From positions 160,001 through 224,000 of the forward strand of contig JAULAX010000010.1 of NCBI GenBank assembly GCA_032654565.1: DNA of 64,000 nt, in the 5' to 3' direction. Below the pieces are notes generated by a model. The model made no database searches and was not told the DNA's origin. It worked only from the letters and a program-made list of their open reading frames with translations. This DNA comes from Anaeromyxobacteraceae bacterium. GTDB lineage: Bacteria; Myxococcota; Myxococcia; Myxococcales; Anaeromyxobacteraceae. Below are positions 1 to 9,762 of the stretch, one piece after another. The position numbers and the translations under genes are program-made. How positions within the stretch are numbered: position 1 is the first letter of the stretch; each line of letters begins with the position of its first letter.

Positions 1-659
1 AGCGTGAGCGAGCCGTCCAGCAGCCGGTGGCGCAGCCAGAGCAGCCAGGTCTGGACCACGTCGGTCATGCAGTAGGCGCCGATCCGGTCGTGGGCCCCGG
101 CGGCGTAGAGGGCGCCGACGTCCTCCCCGGCCACGTCCACCTTGCCGGGCAGGCCGACCAGCTTGGCGTAGAGGTCGAGCGGCGCCGCGCCGCCCGAGCC
201 GGCGCCGGCCAGCAGCTCCTTGACGTCGACGTGGGCGGTGGAGCCGGCCCGGCGGGCCTCGGCGAACCAGGCCGGCGCCGGCACCCGCAGCTTGAGCGAG
301 CGGAGCGCCAGCACCGGGAGGTCGAAGCCGCCGCCGTGGAAGGTGATGACGGTGGCGCCGTCGAGCCGGGCCCAGAGCCGCTCCAGGAAGCGGGCCTCCG
401 GCTCCTGCTGGTCGGTCCAGCAGGCGGCGTCGGTCAGCGTCACCAGGCCGCGCTCCTCGACCGCCTCGAGCAGGCAGGCGGCCACCGGGCGGTGGAAGGG
501 GAGGGGGAGGAAGTCGCTGCGGCCGCCGGTGCGGGCCCGCCGGTCGGCGACCACCCGCTGCAGCTGCTCGGCGTAGCTGACGCCGCCATGGCGGCCGACC
601 GAGGCTACCAGCTCCTCGTCGGGGACCGTCTCCAGGTCGATGGTCACGTACCGCCGCAC
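1..659 (-). CDS. Predicted 3'-5' exonuclease, PolB-exonuclease-like DEDD family (3' end runs off the window)
   Basis: Not in the ORF track. Manual translation from GTG at 659 gives VRRYVTIDLETVPD (ExoI), VITFHGGGFDLPVL (ExoII), HVDVKELL, LDLYAKLVGLPGK and AYCMTDV (ExoIII). Confidence 0.8.
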   Translation of the reverse strand, partial: MRRYVTIDLETVPDEELVASVGRHGGVSYAEQLQRVVADRRARTGGRSDFLPLPFHRPVAACLLEAVEERGLVTLTDAACWTDQQEPEARFLERLWARLDGATVITFHGGGFDLPVLALRSLKLRVPAPAWFAEARRAGSTAHVDVKELLAGAGSGGAAPLDLYAKLVGLPGKVDVAGEDVGALYAAGAHDRIGAYCMTDVVQTWLLWLRHRLLDGSLT

Positions 660-719
660 ACCCGAAGTGTTGCAGGGCGGTCTGACACCGGGGCACGCCG
701 GCGCGCGCGGTGCGGGGCG

Positions 720-1835
720 CTAGCGGGGGAAGGACCGGGGCGGCCGGTCCTCGAACCCCTCACCGTCGAGGGCGCCGAGGAAGGCCACCAGCGCGTCCAC
801 CTCGGCGGCGGAGAGCGGGATGGGCTTCGACAGCTCGGAGAGCCACGGGTTGGGGATCCCGCCCAGCCGGTAGTGCGCCACTGCGTCGCGCAGCGTCGCC
901 AGCGAGCCGTCGTGCATGTACGGGGCGCGGCGGGAGACCTCGCGGAGCGTCGGCGTCTTGAAGGCCCCGGTGTCGCGCCGGTCACCGGTCACCGCGGCGC
1001 GCCCCGGGTCGGCGAAGCCGCTCTCCAGCGGCGCGCCCGGGGGCGGCGAGCGCCAGCCGGCGCCGAGGTTGTGGAAGCGGGAGTCGGTGTAGTTGGGGCC
1101 GAGGTGGCACTTGTTGCAGCCGGCCCGGCCGAAGAAGAGGTCGCGCCCCTGGCGCTGCACCGGCGTCAGGGCCGCCTCGTCGCCGGCGTCGAACCGGTCG
1201 GCGGCCGAGTTGCCGGAGAGGCGCGTCGCCTCGTAGGCGGCCAGCGCCTCGGCGATCCGGTCGATGTCGAGCCGGTCGTCCCCGGAGGCGGCGGCGAAGG
1301 CGCGCCGGTAGCCGGGGCGGGCGGCCACGGTGGCCACCACGGCCTCGAGCGGCATGGCCATCTCGATGGGGTTGGCCAGCGGTCCCTTGGCCTGCTCGGC
1401 CAGGCTGGCGGCGCGACCGTCCCAGAACCAGGCCGGGTAGATGGGCCAGGCGGCGTTGAGGATGGGGGGCGCCTTGCGGTTCCCATGCTGGCCGCGGACG
1501 CCGGTGGAGGTGGCGGTCGGCTCGGAGTAGCCGTGGGCGGACCGGTGGCAGGTGGCACAGGAGACGGTGCCGTCGGCCGAGAGGCGCGGATCGTGGAAGA
1601 GCCAGCGACCGAGCCGGACCTTCTCCGGCGTCACCCAGGGCACCGCCGCGAAGTCGGCCGGGCTGCCGAGCGGCGGGACCGGGAGCGGGCGGACCGGGTT
1701 GTCCAGCTCCCAGGCCGGCGTCGGGCCGTCGGGGGCGGTGGCCAGCGGGGGCGCCGGCGCCACCCGGCAGCCGGCGGCGAGCAGCGCGGCCAGCAGCAGG
1801 TGGGGGGTGGCGGAGATGGATCGAGGTGGGCGCAC
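720..1835 (-). CDS. Di-heme cytochrome c peroxidase/MauG family lipoprotein
   Basis: Lipobox LAAGC. Family motifs LGRWLFHDPRLSADGTVSCATCH, FWDGRA, NPIEM, CNKCH and FKTPTLR..APYMHDG. Confidence 0.9.
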   Translation of the reverse strand: MRPPRSISATPHLLLAALLAAGCRVAPAPPLATAPDGPTPAWELDNPVRPLPVPPLGSPADFAAVPWVTPEKVRLGRWLFHDPRLSADGTVSCATCHRSAHGYSEPTATSTGVRGQHGNRKAPPILNAAWPIYPAWFWDGRAASLAEQAKGPLANPIEMAMPLEAVVATVAARPGYRRAFAAASGDDRLDIDRIAEALAAYEATRLSGNSAADRFDAGDEAALTPVQRQGRDLFFGRAGCNKCHLGPNYTDSRFHNLGAGWRSPPPGAPLESGFADPGRAAVTGDRRDTGAFKTPTLREVSRRAPYMHDGSLATLRDAVAHYRLGGIPNPWLSELSKPIPLSAAEVDALVAFLGALDGEGFEDRPPRSFPR

Positions 1836-1955
1836 GCTGGTCGTGGCTACCGCGCGGCGGGCGACCGGTCAACCGGCACCCGACGGTGGCCGGAAACGAC
1901 GAGGCCGGCGAGGAATGCTCGCCGGCCCCGGGGGTGGATCAGGTGAGAGGGAGGG

Positions 1956-4900
1956 TTACCAGGCCTCGGCGGAAGTGAAGCCGCTGTGCTCGCCGCAAGA
2001 GGACTTGAAGTTGGTGTCCACCGTGTAGGCGTCCTTGGTCCCCTTGGTGAAGCCGGCCATGTTGACCGTGCCCAGCTTGTACCGGGCCGGGGCGTTGGTG
2101 GTGACGATGAGCCGGCTCACCTTGCCACCGTGCGGCACGCGGATGTGACAGCCGGTGCAGGAGGGGACGGTGGCGTTGCCGCCGTGCTGGCCGCCCACCA
2201 GGTCGCCGTCCCGGTGGATGGCGTTCGAGGCCGCGCTGTTCATGACCGGGTGGCAGTTGCGGCAGAAGAGGCCGTTGGTGGTGCCGATGCCGGTCTCCGA
2301 GGTGGTCAGCTTGAAGAGCGTGCCGGTGGTGGCGCCGGCCACGGTGTAGGGCCAGGCCTTGTTGGCGCCGGCGAGCATGAAGCGGACCGCCGAGCCGTGC
2401 GGCCCCTGCACCGCCGGGGCGGCGGCGTCGGTGTTGTGGCAGTCGGTGCAGAGCATGGTCTGGGTGCCGACGTTGACGTTCCAGGGGGTCAGCAGCTGGC
2501 TGGCCACCAGCGCCTTGGGGGCGGTGCTGCCGGTGTAGCTGTTGAGGCCGACCACCACCGGGTGGCCGGAGCGGTTGGTGGGGCTGAACTCCGACCCCAG
2601 GTCGGTCTGCTTCATCCCGGAGGCCCCGGTGGCCGGCGCCGTCGGGTAGGTGGCCCCGAAGGCGTAGGAGGTGTGGCACTTGAAGCAGACCTGGTACTCC
2701 AGCGTCGCCGCCACCGGGCTGGCCCCGTAGTTGGCGGCGGTGGTCTGCATGACGCAGGCGGTGGGCACGTCGACGCCGGTCCCGCAGGCGGTGGTCACCA
2801 GCGTCGGGTAGGTCGGCCCGTAGGTGATGCCGGTGGCCCCCAGCAGCGGGCTGCCGGCCGGGATCTGGTTGCGCGTCGCCGTGGCGGTGGCGGTGCGGAC
2901 CACCTTGGTCGGCCCGGCCGCGTGCGGCCCGTGGCAGTCGATGCAGTTGGCGTGGCGGTTGGCGCCGCTGAAGCGCCCGCTGGCGAAGGTGGCGGCCGCC
3001 TCCAGCGTGGTGTCGTGGGTGTTGCTGGCGCTGGCCGGGTGGTTGAAGGCCGCCGCCACCCGCGTCGCCACGTCCTTGTTGGACAGGTTGGCGCCGATGG
3101 TGGCGCTGCCGTGGCAGTTGTAGCAGATGAAGGTGGCCGGCGAGGCGCCGGGGTTCTTGGTGCCGGCCAGCAGGTCGGGGTTGGCCTGGCCGTGGACGGC
3201 GGTGAGCCCGCTGCCGGAGGAGGCCGGCGTGGTCCCCTCGGCGCTGCTGGCGTGGCACTTGGTGCAGTTGCGCAGGAAGAGGCTGCCGTCGTGGAGCGCG
3301 TAGCTCCAGGTGACGGCCGGCGTGGTGGTGGAGGTGAAGTCGTGCGCCGAGGCGCCGAAGACCACGTCGGTGATGACCGGTCCACCCGCGGTGATGGGCT
3401 TGGCGTGGCACTTGGTGCACATGCCGGTGTTGGTGGCCGTGTCGAAGTCGGTGGCCACCCGGGTGGTGCTGGTGGCGCTGCCGGCGCTCCGGCTGGTGGC
3501 GCTGGAGGGGTCGGCGACCAGGTTGTACTGGTGGGTGGTGGTGGCCGGCGTGGTCAGCGTGTGCGGGTGATCGGAGTGGCACATGTTGACGCAGCTGCGC
3601 TGCGCCGGGAGCACCGACGACAGCGTGGCGGCCGCGCCCCAGGCGCCGCCCGAGTCGGTGGCGGTGTCGGTCCAGCCCACCAGCGAGTGCTTGCTGGCGG
3701 CGCCGGTCATCAGGGCCACGGTGCCGGAGTGGCAGCCGGTGCAGGCGCTGCCGCCGGTCGACTCGCCGCCGCCCTCCAGCTGGCCGTTGAGGTGGGTGGC
3801 GGCGTTCACCGCGGTGATGGTGCTGGCGGAGGTGGGCGCCGTGGCGGTGTAGCCGGGGTGGCACGATCCGCAGAGGGCGTTGGCCGGGTGCGAGGCGGTC
3901 AGGGGCGGCAGGCCGTGGCAGGAGCCGCACTGGGCCTGGGTGGTGGCCCCGATCCAGGACGGGGCGTTGACCTGGGGGACGCTGGTCTGCGTGTCCGTGC
4001 TCTTGGGGTCGTGGCAGTAGGTGCTGGAGCAGGTCGGGCTGGTGTAGGTGGCCGTCTTGGTCTCGAAGGCGGTGCTCTGGGCCACGTTGCCGAAGGCCAG
4101 GGTGGCGCGGGCGCCGCCGGTGCCGCCGCCGGTGGCGTGGGAGGTGTCACCGTTGGTGAGCGGCAGCCCGTGGCACTCGGTGCAGGCGATGGGCGTGGAG
4201 CGCCAGCGCGGGGTCCCGCCGGCGCCGACCAGGTGGGCCAGGTGGGCGCCCACGGCGCCGCCGGTGAGGGCCCCGGTGGTGTCGGCGCTGGTGGCGGCGT
4301 TGCCGACGCCGGGGGCGGCGCTGGCGGTGCTGGCGGTGAGCGTCACCGCGGTGTTGGAGCGGTCGCCGTGGCAGGCGGTGCAGCCGGCGGTGATCCCGGT
4401 GGTGAGGCCGTCCACGTGGGTGGCCGCGGCCACCGCGCCCACCGCGTAGCCGGCGCCGTGGCAGTTGGCGCAGGCGGTGTTCTGCGGGTGCGGGTAGGTG
4501 GGCTGCGGCGCCGCCGCGGTGGCCTGGCCGTGGCAGGCGTTGCAGGCCAGCTTGCCGGCGCTGTTCCAGGAGATGCTGTTGCCCGGCTTGCCGCCGGCGA
4601 ACTGGCCGTGGCAGTAGGTGCTGGCGCAGGTCTGGGTGGCCTGGTCATAGGCGGCGGGCGCGGCGCTGGCGGCGACCGCCAGGTTGCCGAAGGCCACCGG
4701 GCTGACCGGGTAGGTGTGCGGCGCGGAGGTGTAGAGCATGCCGGTGTGGCAGTTGGCGCAGAGCAGCGGCTTGGAGAGGAAGCCGGGCGCCGCGGTGTCG
4801 CCCTGGAAGACGTGGGCCAGGTGGGCGCCCACGGCGTTGATGCCGGTGTAGGCGACCGGCGGGGCGGCCGCCAGCAGCGGATCGGCGCCGGCCAGGGTGC

Positions 4901-6923
4901 GCCCGGCGGTGCCGTGGCACGAGGTGCAGGCCAGGTTGGCCACGTTGACCACGCCGTTGATGTGGTTGGCCAGGCTCACCGAGGCGGCCGGGCTGGCCGC
5001 CGACGGGGCGTTGGCGTAGCCGTCGTGGCAGGTCCCGCAGGCGGTCGAGGTGCTGTGGCCGGTGCCGACCGGCGGCAGGCCGTGGCAGCTCCCGCAGGTG
5101 ACGGTCGAGGCCAGCCCGGTCCAGGACGGGGCCGGGTTGGTGGACGCGGTGTCGGTCTTGCGCGGGTTGTGGCAGTAGGTGGTGCAGGTGGGGAAGGCCG
5201 CACCGGTGGTGAAGGTGCCGGCGGCCGGCGCCACCGCGTAGGTGAGGTTGGCCGAGGCGGTGGGGCCCCAGGCGATGTTCACCAGGCCGTTGGCGTGGCC
5301 GTTGTTGCCGGTGTTGTCCGGGTGGCACTCGGTGCAGGCGAAGTTGCCCTGGTGGAAGGTGATCGACGCGACGTGCTTCTGGTGGGCGCCGATGGCGTTG
5401 CCGCCGGTGGTGGCGCCGGTGATGTCGTTGGGCGGCGCGGCGTTGGTGGTGCTGGTGCCGTGGCAGGAGGTGCAGGTCAGGGCCGACGGCTTGGCGCCGA
5501 CGAAGATGTGGTCGGCCAGGTTGACCGAGCTGTTGGTGTAGCCGGTGTGGCAGGCGTTGCAGTCCTGGCGCGGCACGTGCCACTTGCCGCCGGCGGTGTA
5601 GGGGAGGGGGATGGCGTGGCAGCTGCCGCAGGTGGCGCCGGTGGCCCCCTCGTTCCACTTCACCGAGGTGTGGGACCCGCCGGCCAGCGTGGCGCCGTGG
5701 CAGAAGTTGGTGCAGTTGGGGACCACCCCGGAGGTGTCGTTCCAGCGGACCAGGTTCCCGGCGGCGGGGGCCGGGGTGATGCCGTTGGAGGCGGTGACGC
5801 CCCAGCCGACCAGGACCGTGCCGCCGACGTGGACCAGGCTGGTCGGGAGGGTCGGGCCGTGGCACTCGCTGCACTGGGCGGGGCGGGCGAAGGCGCCGCC
5901 ACCGACGTGGGCGTCGTGGGCGCCGACCGCGTAGGCGGTGATGGTGTTCTCGCCCTGGCTGCCCAGCGGCGGCGAGGCCAGGTTGGCGCGGACCACCGTG
6001 CCGGTGCCGACGGAGGGGAAGGTGGTGTCGGCGGTCCGGGCGGCGCTGCCGTGGCAGAAGGTGCACTCGGTCTGCCAGTTGGGGTGGCCGGCGGTGGTGT
6101 GGCAGGCGGTGCAGCTCACGCCGGAGCTGCCGCCGCCGAAGTCGTTGCCGTGGCAGACCTTGCAGCCGCCCAGGTTGCCGGAGGCGGCGGGGCCGTGCTT
6201 GGTGGGGTCGACCCAGCCGGCCGTGTGGCCGCCGCCGCCGTCGAGCTGGCCGTTGACGTGCTTGCCGCCGGTGACGTTGATGTCGCCGGTCAGCGGATCC
6301 ACCGTCTCGGTGTGGCAGGCGGCGCATTCCTTGGTGTCGGCGAAGGCGCCGCTGGCGCCGAGCCCCTTGGGGTGGGCGGCGGGCGGGGTCACGCCGCTGG
6401 CGAAGTGGCAGGTGCCGCAGGCGCCGGCCGGCGTTCCGCCCAGCCAGTTGGGGGTGTGGTTGGTGCCGCCGTGGTTGATCGAGCTGCCGTGGCAGTAGTT
6501 GGAGCAGGTGTGGGCCACCGGGCTCCAGGCGGAGACGATGGCGTTGCCGGCCGCGGCCACTCCGCCGAAGATCACCGTGGCGCGCCGGCCGGTGTTGTGG
6601 TTGGGGGCCATGATGCTGGCCGGGACCACGTGGCAGGAGCCGCAGGCGACGCCGCGGGCGATGTGGCGGGTGTGGGCGCCGACCTCGATGGCCGTCAGCG
6701 TGTTCGCGCTGGTGAACCGGTTGCCGCTGGCCACGATGTCGCCGGCGCCGTTCCGGGGCAGGCTGAAGGGCGGGGCGCCCGTCTGGTTGTCCTGGCCACC
6801 GTGGCAGGTGGTGCACCCGCGGGCCGGGTCGGAAGGGGCCGGCAGGGGCCTCGACTTGTCACAACCGGCCAGGGCGACGGCGGACGCGAACGCGGCGGCA
6901 ACCAGGAGGTGGTTCGAACGCAT
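1956..6923 (-). CDS. Giant multiheme c-type cytochrome lipoprotein (CxxCH plus CX3-4CH repeat type)
   Basis: ATG at 6923 preceded by GAGGT. Signal peptide with lipobox ALAGC. Hand count of about 31 CxxCH plus 6 CX3-4CH motifs, arranged in repeated modules. Confidence 0.92.
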   Translation of the reverse strand: MRSNHLLVAAAFASAVALAGCDKSRPLPAPSDPARGCTTCHGGQDNQTGAPPFSLPRNGAGDIVASGNRFTSANTLTAIEVGAHTRHIARGVACGSCHVVPASIMAPNHNTGRRATVIFGGVAAAGNAIVSAWSPVAHTCSNYCHGSSINHGGTNHTPNWLGGTPAGACGTCHFASGVTPPAAHPKGLGASGAFADTKECAACHTETVDPLTGDINVTGGKHVNGQLDGGGGHTAGWVDPTKHGPAASGNLGGCKVCHGNDFGGGSSGVSCTACHTTAGHPNWQTECTFCHGSAARTADTTFPSVGTGTVVRANLASPPLGSQGENTITAYAVGAHDAHVGGGAFARPAQCSECHGPTLPTSLVHVGGTVLVGWGVTASNGITPAPAAGNLVRWNDTSGVVPNCTNFCHGATLAGGSHTSVKWNEGATGATCGSCHAIPLPYTAGGKWHVPRQDCNACHTGYTNSSVNLADHIFVGAKPSALTCTSCHGTSTTNAAPPNDITGATTGGNAIGAHQKHVASITFHQGNFACTECHPDNTGNNGHANGLVNIAWGPTASANLTYAVAPAAGTFTTGAAFPTCTTYCHNPRKTDTASTNPAPSWTGLASTVTCGSCHGLPPVGTGHSTSTACGTCHDGYANAPSAASPAASVSLANHINGVVNVANLACTSCHGTAGRTLAGADPLLAAAPPVAYTGINAVGAHLAHVFQGDTAAPGFLSKPLLCANCHTGMLYTSAPHTYPVSPVAFGNLAVAASAAPAAYDQATQTCASTYCHGQFAGGKPGNSISWNSAGKLACNACHGQATAAAPQPTYPHPQNTACANCHGAGYAVGAVAAATHVDGLTTGITAGCTACHGDRSNTAVTLTASTASAAPGVGNAATSADTTGALTGGAVGAHLAHLVGAGGTPRWRSTPIACTECHGLPLTNGDTSHATGGGTGGARATLAFGNVAQSTAFETKTATYTSPTCSSTYCHDPKSTDTQTSVPQVNAPSWIGATTQAQCGSCHGLPPLTASHPANALCGSCHPGYTATAPTSASTITAVNAATHLNGQLEGGGESTGGSACTGCHSGTVALMTGAASKHSLVGWTDTATDSGGAWGAAATLSSVLPAQRSCVNMCHSDHPHTLTTPATTTHQYNLVADPSSATSRSAGSATSTTRVATDFDTATNTGMCTKCHAKPITAGGPVITDVVFGASAHDFTSTTTPAVTWSYALHDGSLFLRNCTKCHASSAEGTTPASSGSGLTAVHGQANPDLLAGTKNPGASPATFICYNCHGSATIGANLSNKDVATRVAAAFNHPASASNTHDTTLEAAATFASGRFSGANRHANCIDCHGPHAAGPTKVVRTATATATRNQIPAGSPLLGATGITYGPTYPTLVTTACGTGVDVPTACVMQTTAANYGASPVAATLEYQVCFKCHTSYAFGATYPTAPATGASGMKQTDLGSEFSPTNRSGHPVVVGLNSYTGSTAPKALVASQLLTPWNVNVGTQTMLCTDCHNTDAAAPAVQGPHGSAVRFMLAGANKAWPYTVAGATTGTLFKLTTSETGIGTTNGLFCRNCHPVMNSAASNAIHRDGDLVGGQHGGNATVPSCTGCHIRVPHGGKVSRLIVTTNAPARYKLGTVNMAGFTKGTKDAYTVDTNFKSSCGEHSGFTSAEAW

Positions 6924-7016
6924 GCGGATGACCTCGGTGAGTCGTCGAGCCGTGGTCGTGGAGCCGGGCCCGGTCTGACGGATGCCCAAGGATGCCGGTT
7001 CTCTGCGAGCGTTTGA

Positions 7017-7030
7017 TTGACCGGGATCAA
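7017..7030. promoter_or_regulatory. FNR/CRP-family-like binding site
   Basis: TTGAC-CGGG-ATCAA, one mismatch from TTGAT-N4-ATCAA. It lies in an AT-rich patch about 95 bp upstream of the cytochrome start. Confidence 0.6.
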
Positions 7031-7279
7031 TAAGCGAAAGTTGGTCCCAAAATACCAACCGGAGGCCGGTCCCGGAGTCCGTGTGGCGAACCTCGGCGCG
7101 GCTACTTGAGACCCCGGCGCGGCCCCCGGATCGTCGCTGGCGAGGTCACATCGGCCCGGCCGTGCCACACCCTGCGACATCCCCCGACACGGCGCGACAC
7201 CGGCGGAGGCGCCGCGCCACCGGGGGTCAGGTCCGCGGCCCCGGAGATCTCGCCGCGGCCCGGGGTCACGGGCGGCGCG

Positions 7280-8116
7280 CTACTGGATGAACCGGATGTA
7301 CTGCTGGATCTCCTCGGAGTCGCAGGCCGGCTCGGCCCGGCGCTCCTCGAGCTTCACGGCGAGGCAGCGGGCCAGGATGGCCACCTGCTCCTCGGTGCAG
7401 CGGGACAGGCCGTCCTTCCACTGCCGCGCCGCCTCGCGCGAGCGGGCCAGCACCTCGTCCGACTGCTTCAGCTCGCTCTGCAGGGCGTAGACCTTCTGCC
7501 GATCGCCGGCGCCTCGCTGCAGCCGCGCCTGCTCGGCGGCCAGCTGGTCGCGGAGCCGGTCGCGCCGCACGCCGTGGTAGCAGGCCAGCGCCGAGTGGAC
7601 CCGTCGCATGAAGGCCGGGTCCCGGGCGTGGTGGGTGTCGAGCGTGGCGTGGGTCTCCGCCACCTCGGCGCGGGAGCCGGCGGCCAGCTCGGCCTTCTCC
7701 TCGGGCGTGAGCTGCGAGCGCGGCTTGCCCGCCAGCCGCTCGCGCCTGATCTGCGTCCAGGCCTCGGCCCGGACCGGCTCCGAGGCGTCGGGGCCGACCC
7801 GCCGGTCCAGCTCCTTCATGTCGGCGAGCCGCTCCAGCTCGGCGGTCCGCCGCAGCCGGAAGGCGCCCAGGCACTCGTCGAGCGTCGCCTGCGCCAGGGC
7901 GTTCCTGCGGGCGATCTCGGCGGCGCCCAACCCCTGCCCCTGGAAGAGCCGGGCCCGCTTGTCCAGCACGTCCAGCTCGGCCTGGCAGGCCTCCTTCTCC
8001 AGGTCGGTCAGCGCCCGGGGCCGGGGCGGCGGCGCCGCGGCGCGCTGGGGGGCCGCGCCCGGCCACGCCGGGGCGGACAGGGCGAGCGCAGTGGCCAGGG
8101 CGAGGAGCTTCCGCAT
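7280..8116 (-). CDS. Secreted helical hypothetical protein
   Basis: GGAGGA RBS, signal peptide MRKLLALATALALSAPAW, coiled-coil-like composition with scattered Cys. Confidence 0.75.
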   Translation of the reverse strand: MRKLLALATALALSAPAWPGAAPQRAAAPPPRPRALTDLEKEACQAELDVLDKRARLFQGQGLGAAEIARRNALAQATLDECLGAFRLRRTAELERLADMKELDRRVGPDASEPVRAEAWTQIRRERLAGKPRSQLTPEEKAELAAGSRAEVAETHATLDTHHARDPAFMRRVHSALACYHGVRRDRLRDQLAAEQARLQRGAGDRQKVYALQSELKQSDEVLARSREAARQWKDGLSRCTEEQVAILARCLAVKLEERRAEPACDSEEIQQYIRFIQ

Positions 8117-8251
8117 CGGATCCTCCGGTTGAACGGACGCTTCTAGCACGCGGGGCCGGCGGGGGTGGGGCGGTCATGACGGCGCGGGACGGCGGCGCGG
8201 CGGCGGTGTATCATCCGCTTCCACCTCACCCTTTGACCTCGGAGGCCCCCC

Positions 8252-8473
8252 ATGACCCAGGCCGAACGTGTTGCCCGCCAAGAAGTGCTGCGCGACGTCA
8301 TCAAGCGGCTGGAGGGGGCGCTGGCCGAGTTCCGTGCCGAGGCGGAGAAGACGCTGGTCGGCTGCGAGCACACCTACCCCGACGGCCGCGCCGCGGCGAC
8401 CGGCGGCAGCACCAAGATCTGCGCCATCTGCGGCGGGATGCTCAAGGGGCGCGACGACAAGCTCTGGGGCTAG
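8252..8473 (+). CDS. Small hypothetical protein with a putative zinc-binding CxH...CxxC motif
   Basis: GGAGG RBS, typical codon usage, GCEHTY...KICAICGG. Confidence 0.7.
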   Translation: MTQAERVARQEVLRDVIKRLEGALAEFRAEAEKTLVGCEHTYPDGRAAATGGSTKICAICGGMLKGRDDKLWG

Positions 8474-8493
8474 GGTCCGGACCCCACCCGACC

Positions 8494-9708
8494 ATGTCCA
8501 TCCTCCGACCGTTCCGCGCCCTCCGCCCGCCGGCCGCGCTGGCTGCTCGTGTCGCCTCGCCCCCGTACGACGTGGTCTCCACCGCCGAGGCCCGGGCCCT
8601 GGCGGCCGGCAACCGCGACAGCTACCTGCGGGTCTCCCGGCCCGAGATCGACCTGCCGGAGGGGACCGACGAGCACGCCGACGAGGTCTACGCCCAGGGG
8701 AAGAAGAACCTCGACGAGCTGACGCGCCGGGGCGTGCTGGTGGCCGAGGCGGCGCCGCGCTTCTTCGTCTACGCCCAGAAGATGGGGAAGCACCGCCAGG
8801 TGGGGCTGGTGGCCTGCGCCAGCGTCGACGAGTACGACCGCGACCTGATCAAGAAGCACGAGAAGACGCGCGCCGACAAGGAGGAGGACCGGGTCCGCCA
8901 CGTCGACACCCTGGCGGCGCACGACGAGCCGGTCTTCCTCACCTACCGGGCGGCGCCGGCCATCGACGCGCTGGTGGCCGAGGTGCAGCGGGCCACCCCC
9001 GAGTACGACCTGGTGACCGGCGACGCGGTCGGCCACCAGCTCTGGGTGGTGCCCGAGGCGGCGGCGGCCAAACTGGAGGCGCTCTTCGGCGAGGTGCCGG
9101 CGCTCTACGTGGCCGACGGCCACCACCGCTCGGCGGCGGCCTCGCGGGTCCACGCCCGTCGCGCGGGGCAGCCGGGCGACCACGGCCAGTTCCTCGCCGT
9201 GGTCTTCCCCCACGACCAGATGCAGATCCTGGCCTACAACCGGCTGGTGCGGGATCCGCAGCGGCGCAGCCCCATGGCGCTGCTCGAAGCCCTGCAGGAG
9301 GTGCTCGACCTGGAGCCGGCCTCGGCGGCGGCCCCCGACCACCCGCAGGCCTTCGGCATCTACCTCGGCAAGCGCTGGTACCACGCCCACGTCCGGCCCG
9401 GCACCTTTCCGGCCGAGGACCCGGTGGCCAGCCTGGACTGCTCGCTGGCCCAGGACCAGCTGCTCGAGCCGCTCTTCGGCATCAAGGACCCGCGCACCTC
9501 GAAGGACGTCGACTTCGTGGGCGGCATCCGCGGCCACGAGGAGCTGGAGCGGCGGGTGGACGGGGAGGGCTGGGCGCTGGCGCTCCACCTCTACCCGACC
9601 CGGGTCGAGCAGGTGATGAGCGTCTCCGACGCCGGGCTGATCATGCCGCCGAAGAGCACCTGGTTCGAGCCGAAGCTGCGGTCCGGGCTCTTCGTGCACC
9701 CGTTCTAG
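8494..9708 (+). CDS. DUF1015 family protein
   Basis: PFRALRP, SPPYDVV, IKKHEKT, LYVADGHHR and MPPKSTWFEPKLRSGL. Confidence 0.9.
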   Translation: MSILRPFRALRPPAALAARVASPPYDVVSTAEARALAAGNRDSYLRVSRPEIDLPEGTDEHADEVYAQGKKNLDELTRRGVLVAEAAPRFFVYAQKMGKHRQVGLVACASVDEYDRDLIKKHEKTRADKEEDRVRHVDTLAAHDEPVFLTYRAAPAIDALVAEVQRATPEYDLVTGDAVGHQLWVVPEAAAAKLEALFGEVPALYVADGHHRSAAASRVHARRAGQPGDHGQFLAVVFPHDQMQILAYNRLVRDPQRRSPMALLEALQEVLDLEPASAAAPDHPQAFGIYLGKRWYHAHVRPGTFPAEDPVASLDCSLAQDQLLEPLFGIKDPRTSKDVDFVGGIRGHEELERRVDGEGWALALHLYPTRVEQVMSVSDAGLIMPPKSTWFEPKLRSGLFVHPF

Positions 9709-9762
9709 CGGGACGACGGGCGCCAGGGCGCGGGCGGTCCACCGGGAGCGAGCGAGGCGTCC

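Noticed and set aside
1986..7016. 1676-aa plus-strand ORF, and similar long antisense or alternate-frame ORFs (27-1946, 10293-13754, 19670-22408, 45443-49174, 49710-53423, 60635-63967)
   Set aside because: Shadow ORFs of real genes. High GC and biased codon usage suppress stop codons in other frames, and the translations are low-complexity with no family motifs.
6924..7270. Cyclic dinucleotide (GEMM-I) riboswitch upstream of the multiheme cytochrome
   Set aside because: The conserved GEMM core and tetraloop/receptor could not be identified by eye. An Infernal scan would settle it.
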